This document shows, piece after piece, positions 26,953 through 33,785 of a DNA stretch of 33,785 bases (its first letter is position 1; each line of letters starts with the position of its first letter). The stretch is from Bacteroidia bacterium (GTDB lineage: Bacteria > Bacteroidota > Bacteroidia > 2-12-FULL-35-15). The notes below the pieces were generated by a model that had not been told where the DNA came from, searched no databases, and saw only the letters and a program-made list of their open reading frames with translations. Position numbers and translations under genes: made by a program. The stretch covers positions 1 through 33,785 of the forward strand of contig JBILYL010000002.1 in NCBI GenBank assembly GCA_044377775.1. Reading direction: 5' to 3'.

Positions 26953-27044
26953 TTCTATTTTTAAAAGCCTATGTAAAACGCTATCGTTTTCCTTTAGCAC
27001 AAAGTGGAAAGAATTTTACAAAATGTACATTACCTCAAAGCAGC

Positions 27045-27512
27045 TTATTTCAATCCGGCTAGCACTTCTTTTATCTTCACGAAATTAGGAATTTCAGCAG
27101 CCTTTTCAAGCACTTCAACATATCGAACAATTCCATTTTTATCGATTATAAATGCCGAACGTTTGGAAACGCCATTCATGCCGATAAATGTTTCATAGAA
27201 TGAACCATAAGCTTTTGACACCTCTTTATTGAAATCGGAAAGCAATGGAAAGTTCAATTTTTGCTCTTCTTTGAATTTAGCAAGAACAAATCTGGAATCC
27301 ACAGAAACACCAAACACATTCGCATTAACAGCGTTATAAGATGCTATATCATCGCGCATGGAACACAATTCCGCAGTGCACGTTCCGGTAAAAGCCAAAG
27401 GAAAAAACAATAACAATACATTTTTACCTTTTTGTTGCTCTAATGATACTTCATTTTTATCACTGTCTAAAAGTGTGAATGAAGGAGCCTGTTGTCCGAT
27501 TTCTAACGCCAT
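27045..27512 (-). CDS. Peroxiredoxin, AhpC/TSA-Redoxin family (Bcp/AhpE-like)
   Basis: 155 aa. Contains LLFFPLAFTGTCTAELC, with the peroxidatic Cys in a T-x-x-C context. Confidence 0.88.
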   Translation of the reverse strand: MALEIGQQAPSFTLLDSDKNEVSLEQQKGKNVLLLFFPLAFTGTCTAELCSMRDDIASYNAVNANVFGVSVDSRFVLAKFKEEQKLNFPLLSDFNKEVSKAYGSFYETFIGMNGVSKRSAFIIDKNGIVRYVEVLEKAAEIPNFVKIKEVLAGLK

Positions 27513-27592
27513 ACTATTTTTGTTTATTTAATTGAACAATAAATATAACTAATTGTTTAATCTATAAATCAGTATTGATGTACCATTTTTCG

Positions 27593-27600
27593 TAAATTTG
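27593..27600 (+). promoter_or_regulatory. Candidate -7 box (TAAATTTG) for the 2-Cys peroxiredoxin gene
   Basis: TAAATTTG lies 41 bp upstream of the ATG at 27641. A TTG-containing segment at ~27575 sits at about the right spacing for a -33 element. Confidence 0.45.
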
Positions 27601-27640
27601 TGCCGAAAATTTTGTTAAACCTTAAAAAACACATAAAACC

Positions 27641-28270
27641 ATGTCATTAGTAGGAAAAAAAGCGCCATCATTTAAAGCGCAAGCAGTAGTAAACGGAGGA
27701 GAAATTATTGCAGACTTCTCATTGGATCAATATATCGGCAAAAAACATGTGATCTTCTTTTTCTATCCGAAAGATTTCACTTTTGTTTGTCCGACAGAAT
27801 TACATGCATTTCAAGAAAAAATTGCAGAGTTCGAATCACGCAATGTTGCGGTGGTTGCTTGTTCAACAGATACTGAACAATCACACTGGGGATGGTTGCA
27901 AGTGCCAAAAGCACAAGGAGGAATTCAAGGAGTTAAGTATCCGATCGTAGCGGATACTACAAAAACAATATCTATGAATTTTGATGTTCTTTTTGGCGAG
28001 TACGAAGTAGATGACAACAACCAACTGGTTGCAAATGGACCAATGATCGCATTCCGCGGCTTATATCTGATTGACAAAAACGGAATCGTTCGTCACCAAC
28101 TGATCAATGACCTCTCTTTGGGACGCAACGTAGACGAGGCACTTCGTATGGTTGACGCATTGCAGTTCAATGAAGAGAACGGAGAAGTTTGCCCTGCAAA
28201 CTGGCACAAAGGTGATACAGCAATGAAAGCAACGCACGATGGTGTAGCGAACTATTTAGCTAAAAACTAA
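27641..28270 (+). CDS. Typical 2-Cys peroxiredoxin (AhpC/Tsa family)
   Basis: 209 aa. Contains FFFYPKDFTFVCPTE (peroxidatic Cys) and GEVCPANW (resolving Cys). Confidence 0.93.
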   Translation: MSLVGKKAPSFKAQAVVNGGEIIADFSLDQYIGKKHVIFFFYPKDFTFVCPTELHAFQEKIAEFESRNVAVVACSTDTEQSHWGWLQVPKAQGGIQGVKYPIVADTTKTISMNFDVLFGEYEVDDNNQLVANGPMIAFRGLYLIDKNGIVRHQLINDLSLGRNVDEALRMVDALQFNEENGEVCPANWHKGDTAMKATHDGVANYLAKN

Positions 28271-28296
28271 TTATTAACATTTTTTAATAATAACAG

Positions 28297-28328
28297 AAAC
28301 GTCCTTCAGTAATGGAGGACGTTTTTTA
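28297..28328 (+). terminator. Rho-independent terminator after the 2-Cys peroxiredoxin gene
   Basis: 9-bp stem, AAACGTCCT (28297-28305) with AGGACGTTT (28316-28324), and a 10-nt loop. A T-run follows. Confidence 0.75.
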
Positions 28329-28363
28329 TTTTATCTTTGATCATAAATCTAAACACAAACAAA

Positions 28364-29005
28364 ATGAACAAAAACATCTCACTTTTTCTGAATGTGATTT
28401 TAGCGGTTGCTGTCGGCATCTTGTATTATTTACATTTTACTTCCAACTCAACTGCAACCGAAACAACTGCTTCATCTGACTCTACAATAGTTGAAAAACC
28501 AATTGTAATGGCACCTTCTGAGATCAAGGCATCCAAGATCGTATTCGTAAATTTGGATGTTTTGAGTGAGGGATACGATTTCCTGAAAGATGTAAGCGCT
28601 TCTGCTCAGGCAGAGCAAAACAATTTGCAAAATCTATACCAGTCAAAAGGTGAAAAATTGCAGCAAGATTATATGGAGTTCCAGGAAAAAGCAAACAAAG
28701 GCTTATTGTCGGAAAATCAAATTGCCACAGAACAGGAAAAATTTGCAGGTAGAAAAGATGAACTCGATCAACTTCAATTAAAGTCAGAAGCATTGGGAGA
28801 AAAAATTCAGGCCAGAACAGAAGAGGCCAGAAAAAATCTGACAGATTATATCAAAGATTATAACAAATCAGGCAACTATAATTATGTATTAGCATACAGT
28901 GAAGGCCCTTTAAGTCCTGTTTTACTTGCAAACGACAGCCTTGATATCACAAAAGATATTCTGGAAGGAATAAATGCCCAATACAGAGCAAAGAAAAAGA
29001 AATAA
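28364..29005 (+). CDS. OmpH/Skp-family periplasmic chaperone
   Basis: The ATG at 28364 (MNKNISLFLNVILAVAVGILYY) is preferred to the ORF-track TTG at 28337. Contains KIVFVNLDVL and long coiled-coil Q/E/K-rich arms typical of Skp/OmpH. Confidence 0.78.
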   Translation: MNKNISLFLNVILAVAVGILYYLHFTSNSTATETTASSDSTIVEKPIVMAPSEIKASKIVFVNLDVLSEGYDFLKDVSASAQAEQNNLQNLYQSKGEKLQQDYMEFQEKANKGLLSENQIATEQEKFAGRKDELDQLQLKSEALGEKIQARTEEARKNLTDYIKDYNKSGNYNYVLAYSEGPLSPVLLANDSLDITKDILEGINAQYRAKKKK

Positions 29006-29053
29006 CAAATTTTTATTCCTGTATTGAAACGTAAAAATAAATAACATAAAAAA

Positions 29054-29467
29054 ATGGACTCAAACACAACAACCGGAAATTTAATTCATAAGATCAGACA
29101 TGTAGAAATATTTCACGATACATTTAAGATCGGGAACAGATATACACCAACATCTGAAGTTGGTGAGAATGAATACACATTGCGTTACAACCTTATAAAA
29201 GAAGAAAACGAAGAATATTTAGAAGCCTGCAAAAACAACGACTTAGTTGAGATCGCAGATGCATTGGGAGATCAATTGTATATCTTGTTCGGAACTATCT
29301 TGCGCCACGGATTGCAACATAAAATTGAAGAAGTATTTGACGAGATCCAAAGAAGCAACATGAGTAAATTGGATGAAAATGGGAATCCTATTTTCAGAGA
29401 GGACGGAAAAATCATGAAGAGCAATTTGTATTTCAAACCAAATATCAAAGATATACTGGAGAAGTAG
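29054..29467 (+). CDS. MazG-like nucleoside triphosphate pyrophosphohydrolase family protein
   Basis: 137 aa. Contains the all-alpha NTP-PPase acidic motif LIKEENEEYLEA...VEIADALGDQLY. Confidence 0.7.
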   Translation: MDSNTTTGNLIHKIRHVEIFHDTFKIGNRYTPTSEVGENEYTLRYNLIKEENEEYLEACKNNDLVEIADALGDQLYILFGTILRHGLQHKIEEVFDEIQRSNMSKLDENGNPIFREDGKIMKSNLYFKPNIKDILEK

Positions 29468-29472
29468 TCATT

Positions 29473-30090
29473 TTATACAAATACTTTATAAACCATTATC
29501 AGTCCGGAAATCATTAAAATAATACCGGCTATAATGCTTATAATCCGTAATACTTTCTCACTTAAAAATTTACTTATTTTATTTGCTGAATAAGCTTTCA
29601 GAACATCCGTAAAAAAAACAGTTAAGAGAGAAGCAATGAAAAAGAACAATACGTGAATAAATGTATAATCTTTATTGGAGCTCACTGTAACCACAAAAGC
29701 CATCCACAAACCAATAACAACAGGATTTAAGAGATTTAGAAAAAAACCTTTAATGATATACAAAGGAATACTTACCGCTCTTACTTCCAGATCTTTTTTC
29801 TCAACTTTCTTTCGTTGAAACACGCTAAAAAAACCAAACATCACCAATACTGTTCCACCCACTAATCCGATATACAATTTATTTTGGGGATTATCAAAAA
29901 ACTGGGCGACTCCTAAATATGCCAGAAGAACACAAAGCACATCACTTAGAAAAATCCCGAATGCAAGTCCAAGTGCTGGTCTGAACCCACTTTTGGTACT
30001 GGTTTGTATCAAAGCAAAAAAAGAGGGCCCAAGTGAAAGCGCCAATGCGAGTCCCAATGCTAATCCCTGAAAAATGGCTTTAAAGATCAT
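29473..30090 (-). CDS. LysE-family translocator (amino-acid or derivative exporter)
   Basis: 205 aa, about 6 TM. The N-terminus FQGLALGLALALSLGPSFFALIQT is typical of LysE/RhtB. It lies 6 bp downstream of the GH3 gene on the same strand. Confidence 0.85.
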   Translation of the reverse strand: MIFKAIFQGLALGLALALSLGPSFFALIQTSTKSGFRPALGLAFGIFLSDVLCVLLAYLGVAQFFDNPQNKLYIGLVGGTVLVMFGFFSVFQRKKVEKKDLEVRAVSIPLYIIKGFFLNLLNPVVIGLWMAFVVTVSSNKDYTFIHVLFFFIASLLTVFFTDVLKAYSANKISKFLSEKVLRIISIIAGIILMISGLIMVYKVFV

Positions 30091-30096
30091 TTTTTT

Positions 30097-31626
30097 TTAC
30101 TTTTTTATTTTCAAATATGTTTCCCAATCCAGCAATTGATTCTTTTTTAAAACACGAGGAAATTTATAAGAAGAACCAATCTTTCCTTTTGTCTTCATGT
30201 AATCATAAAAAATGCTGCAAGGCAACACATCTACAATTACATCTTTTAAGGCAGCAATACGTTCAACTTTATAATCATCGTTTAATTCCATCAAGGTTTC
30301 ATCCAAGCGTTTTTTTAAGACTTTAACATCAACAGTATCATCTGTACCGATAAACCAGTGATGAGCAAACATTGTATCGTAATTTATACCGGCTACCGTA
30401 AATTCTTTTATATCAATATTTAATTCAGCGGAAACCAATTCAACAGCACGGTTCATATTATCCTGAGAGAGATGCTCACCGCATAAACTTAAAAAGTGTT
30501 TAGTCCGCCCGGTAATGATGATCTCGTTTTTTTCTACAGAAGTAAATTTAACAACATCACCAATCAAATAGCGCCAGGTACCGGAGCAGGTTGTAACAAG
30601 AAGTGCATACTCCTGCCCTTCTTTCACCTGATCGATATGCAATGTTTCCGGATCGTCAAGAATGTTACCATCCTCATCGAAATTCTTTTCATTGAATGGA
30701 ATAAATTCAAAAAACAATCCATTGTCAAGCATCAACTTCATTGATTCGGACTCTTGTCGTGTTTGAAAAGCTATATAACCTTCAGAGGCAAGATAGGTGT
30801 CGAGATAAACGATCGGGCGCGATAATAACTTTTCAAAACCTTTTTTATAAGGAGCAAATGAAACACCGCCATGGATGTAAACATTTAAATTCGGCCAGAT
30901 ATCATGAATCGTTTCTACATTATAATCGGCAATGATCTTTTCGAATAGAATTTGAATCCAGGCAGGAACACCACAGATAATACCAATATCCCAATCTTTC
31001 GCTTTTTTACTGATCTCCTCTAATCTTGCTTCCCAATTTCTTTCACGAGCAATTTTTTTACCGGGCTTGTTGTATCCTTGTACGTAAAAAGGAATGGTGC
31101 TGGTGGTAATGCCGCTTAAATCACCCTCATAACAATTACCATTGTATTTCAAATCGGTGCTTCCACCAACCATCAACACACCTCTTTCAAAATGCTCTTT
31201 TGGCAAACCGCAATGTACCTGAGAGATCATGAGACGAAGACTTACTTTCTGAATAACTTTGAGCATGTCAGTTGTAACGGGAATGTATTTACTGGACGAT
31301 TCTGAAGTACCGGAGCTAAGGGCAAAATACTTTATCTTGTTTGGCCAGCAAACATTAGCTTCTCCTTCTTTTGCACGGTACCACCAATTTTTGAACATAG
31401 AATTATAATCATGTGTTTTCACTGTTTTCTGAAAAGCACTGATCACATCAGCTTCACCCAATATTTTTGAAAAATTATAATGTTCACCAAAAGCTGTAAA
31501 TTCAGCCTTAGCAAGTAATTTCTTCAATACTTTTGTCTGTTGTTTATAACCGTCTTTCTTTCGAATTTTGGGTAATCTCTCCCTTAACTCAAACGACCGC
31601 TTTATAACGGAACCAATGATTGCCAT
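30097..31626 (-). CDS. GH3-family (auxin-responsive-promoter family) adenylate-forming acyl-acid amido synthetase homologue
   Basis: 509 aa. Contains FALSSGTSESSSKYIPVT (compare the GH3 SSGTS...K.IP adenylation motif), YLASEG and GEYALLVTT-like (QEYALLVTT) segments. The length is typical of bacterial GH3 proteins. Confidence 0.86.
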   Translation of the reverse strand: MAIIGSVIKRSFELRERLPKIRKKDGYKQQTKVLKKLLAKAEFTAFGEHYNFSKILGEADVISAFQKTVKTHDYNSMFKNWWYRAKEGEANVCWPNKIKYFALSSGTSESSSKYIPVTTDMLKVIQKVSLRLMISQVHCGLPKEHFERGVLMVGGSTDLKYNGNCYEGDLSGITTSTIPFYVQGYNKPGKKIARERNWEARLEEISKKAKDWDIGIICGVPAWIQILFEKIIADYNVETIHDIWPNLNVYIHGGVSFAPYKKGFEKLLSRPIVYLDTYLASEGYIAFQTRQESESMKLMLDNGLFFEFIPFNEKNFDEDGNILDDPETLHIDQVKEGQEYALLVTTCSGTWRYLIGDVVKFTSVEKNEIIITGRTKHFLSLCGEHLSQDNMNRAVELVSAELNIDIKEFTVAGINYDTMFAHHWFIGTDDTVDVKVLKKRLDETLMELNDDYKVERIAALKDVIVDVLPCSIFYDYMKTKGKIGSSYKFPRVLKKNQLLDWETYLKIKK

Positions 31627-31711
31627 CCTTTGAATTGATTATATCTTTTTTCACTAAATTTTGACTAAAATAGCAATTTAAAAATTAAATTTCATGTTTT
31701 TTATCATATAA

Positions 31712-32527
31712 TTGTCACCAAAAAAACAATCTCCATTTCCATTGAAGCGATTTTTATTTTTTTTAATTTTATATTCTCCTGCATTTTTATATTCACAAGA
31801 ATGCTGTTTAAAGAACGCACATTCGCATAATGACTATAAACATAAACAGCCCCTTTCTGATGCATTATCTTGTAAATTTAAAAGCATTGAAGCAGATGTC
31901 TTTTTAGTTAGTGGCGAACTTCTTGTTTCTCACACACACCCTCTTTTTAAAAGAAGAAAACTGGAAGAACTATATTTAAAACCATTGCTCGACAGTTGCA
32001 ACAAATACAATGGGAAGGTATATGCAGATTGCAAAGAATCTCTTATTCTACTTATTGATATAAAATCAGATGCGGAAAAGACCTATAGCGAGCTAAAAAT
32101 AATATTCGGGAAATACAAATCCGTACTAAGCAGTTACGAAAATGGAATAATGATGGAAAGAGGTGTAACAATTATCCTTTCAGGCAACAAACCTTACGAA
32201 CTGCTGCAGCACGATTCAATGCGATATGCTTTTATCGACCAAAATTTGCTCTCAATTCAGCAAGAAAAAAACAATTCAATCTACCTGATGGCAAGTACAA
32301 AATATTCAAACATTACACACTGGAAAGGATCTGGTGAATTGCCAATTGCAGAAAAAGAAAAATTGAACATTTTAGTCAACAATGCACATAGACAAGGGAA
32401 AACAGTTCGCTTGTGGGCTACTCCTGAAAATAAAAAAGTTTGGCAAGCACTGTTGGATTGCGGAGTAGATCTTATAAACACGGATGATCTGAAAACATTA
32501 AGCGACTTTTTAATAAAAAAACAATAA
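31712..32527 (+). CDS. Secreted PI-PLC X-domain / GDPD-like phosphodiesterase (AIM6-like)
   Basis: There is no in-frame ATG, so the start is a TTG at 31712 or, more signal-peptide-like, a TTG at 31742 (LKRFLFFLILYSPAFLYSQ). HSHNDYKHKQPL...SIEADVFL...LLVSHT matches the catalytic His/Asp region of this superfamily. Confidence 0.68.
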   Translation: MSPKKQSPFPLKRFLFFLILYSPAFLYSQECCLKNAHSHNDYKHKQPLSDALSCKFKSIEADVFLVSGELLVSHTHPLFKRRKLEELYLKPLLDSCNKYNGKVYADCKESLILLIDIKSDAEKTYSELKIIFGKYKSVLSSYENGIMMERGVTIILSGNKPYELLQHDSMRYAFIDQNLLSIQQEKNNSIYLMASTKYSNITHWKGSGELPIAEKEKLNILVNNAHRQGKTVRLWATPENKKVWQALLDCGVDLINTDDLKTLSDFLIKKQ

Positions 32528-32530
32528 GGG

Positions 32531-33394
32531 TTATTGCCCTTTAATTATTTTATTCCGAAGCGCTTCTACCTTTGAATGAATGGCAATCAATTGTTTTTCA
32601 TTCATCTCGACATCTGATGTAAGATTATTATATTCAGATGTAATTTTCTTTAATTCAGAAATAATTCCGGAAATAAATTCATCTGTTTGATTTTCTTCAA
32701 GCAATTTTATCACGATTAATAAACTCTGCTTTTGCTCACCAATAATATTGTAAAGTGATTTATTTTCAGCTGTTTTAGGTGTATTGATAAATGTTTTTGT
32801 TGATAAATATAGCCCTTCCAGCCAACTACCGGCAACGACTAAAGCAGCCAGGCTGACACGCTCATTATTTTTCAAAGCTTTATCAACCTGACTGTATGAA
32901 TCATAAACAATTCTGGTAAGAGAATCCTTATTGTCTTTAAACTTTGAATATTTATCCATCATCGACTGATCAAACGCATAAGGGATATTTAGTTCTTCCG
33001 CTAACCTCTTTGTGTTTTTTACATATGCTCCTAATTGCTGAAACTGCTCGTACGTTACCGAATAAGCCAGATCAGCACCATAGACACCTAAATTCAAAGC
33101 TTTTGAATGATATTGATTATACTTTGATACAGCTGTAATGTCATTCATTGCAGTTTGATCAAAAGGTACTTTTTTGCTATAGAGGTTTTCAATGATTTCA
33201 AACGGGAAAGGAATATCACTGATTACCATATCGTATTCTGCAAAAGAAATCTCCGAAACCTTCTTTTCTAATAAAACCAAAGAATCTCCTGAATTAAATG
33301 CATCCTCCTTGTGGGATGAAGTATCCGCGTTACAAGCGAATAAGAAAAGGGAAAAGAACAACGCCAATATGTAAAACGGGGAAATTGTTTTCAT
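32531..33394 (-). CDS. Hypothetical lipoprotein, paralogue of 13026..13922
   Basis: 287 aa. MKTISPFYILALFFSLFLFAC gives a signal peptide with a lipobox. See the shared core motifs listed under 13026..13922. Confidence 0.75.
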   Translation of the reverse strand: MKTISPFYILALFFSLFLFACNADTSSHKEDAFNSGDSLVLLEKKVSEISFAEYDMVISDIPFPFEIIENLYSKKVPFDQTAMNDITAVSKYNQYHSKALNLGVYGADLAYSVTYEQFQQLGAYVKNTKRLAEELNIPYAFDQSMMDKYSKFKDNKDSLTRIVYDSYSQVDKALKNNERVSLAALVVAGSWLEGLYLSTKTFINTPKTAENKSLYNIIGEQKQSLLIVIKLLEENQTDEFISGIISELKKITSEYNNLTSDVEMNEKQLIAIHSKVEALRNKIIKGQ

Positions 33395-33478
33395 GATTTT
33401 TGTTTTAAAAATTTACGAAAAATAAAATTAAAAGTTCCAACATTTATTTCAATAAAAAAAAAGCAAAAGCCCTTTAAT

Positions 33479-33785
33479 TTATTTTTTACTATACTTAAAA
33501 TCGTGATTATTTTTAATGGATTTTAATGATTCGAAGATCAGCTTGATTACATTTTCAACATCGTCTTTGTGCACACTTTCAACTGTTGTATGCATATAAC
33601 GAAGCGGCAAAGAGATTAAAGCAGATGGCACACCACCAATAGAATATGCAAAAGCATCGGTATCGGTTCCGGTAGCTCTGGAAGCGGCTGCACGCTGAAA
33701 AGGAATTTTTTTGGTAACGGCAGCTGCAATGATCAATTTTAAAAGGTTATTCTGAACAGCCGGTCCATATGTCAAAACAGGGCCT
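33479..33785 (-). CDS. M42-family metallo-aminopeptidase (FrvX/cellulase-M-like). C-terminal ~100 codons; the CDS runs off the right edge.
   Basis: The frame stays open to the window edge (GPVLTYGPAVQN...). TGTDTDAF...GVPSALISLPLRYMHTTVE is characteristic of the M42 C-terminus. The ORF-track M at 33775 is actually a TTG-encoded internal Leu. Confidence 0.82.
   Translation of the reverse strand, partial: GPVLTYGPAVQNNLLKLIIAAAVTKKIPFQRAAASRATGTDTDAFAYSIGGVPSALISLPLRYMHTTVESVHKDDVENVIKLIFESLKSIKNNHDFKYSKK

Noticed and set aside
30097-31626. The GH3 'auxin-responsive promoter family' gene as evidence of plant-derived horizontal transfer or an eukaryotic contaminant.
   Set aside because: Its composition and context match the rest of the window: it sits 6 bp from a bacterial LysE gene and has the same AT-rich codon usage. 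GH3 homologues are known to be widespread in Bacteroidota.

Overview
This 33.8 kb window is densely coding and low in GC, and it looks like a Bacteroidota chromosome. The signs are a T9SS C-terminal sorting domain, Reg_prop/Y_Y_Y sensor repeats, a GxxExxY gene, TAnnTTTG-type -7 boxes, no obvious Shine-Dalgarno sequences, and many SpII lipoproteins. I support 32 CDS and found no rRNA, tRNA, CRISPR array, transposase or integrase.

Most genes are housekeeping: dnaK (5' part, running off the left edge and absent from the ORF track), panB, an RluA-family pseudouridine synthase, arfB, priA, pfkA, a THUMP RNA methyltransferase, two peroxiredoxins, a ZIP transporter, Skp/OmpH and an M42 peptidase (partial, right edge).

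The most interesting locus is a minus-strand cluster at about 18.3-25.2 kb. It encodes two paralogous membrane sensor PP2C/SpoIIE phosphatases. One has a roughly 14-blade Reg_prop propeller plus a Y_Y_Y periplasmic sensor like Bacteroides hybrid two-component systems, and the other has a polytopic membrane N-terminus. The cluster also holds an uncharacterised Cys-containing lipoprotein, a SiaB-like GHKL protein kinase and a SiaC-like (DUF1987) phosphoprotein that keeps a Thr in an FNTSS motif at residue 68. This is a Sia-type partner-switching module with no diguanylate cyclase or other recognisable output gene in the window.

Secondary items:
- A 1030-aa ABCG-type ATPase/permease fusion with a TerB-like N-terminal regulatory region, preceded by a lipoprotein and small secreted protein pair.
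- A distant paralogue of that lipoprotein at 32.5-33.4 kb.
- A GxxExxY (PD-(D/E)XK) gene flanked by inverted ACGAA/TTCGT-rich repeats.
- A GH3-family amido-synthetase and LysE exporter pair.
- A divergent peroxiredoxin pair.

All product calls come from reading motifs by eye; no database search was run.
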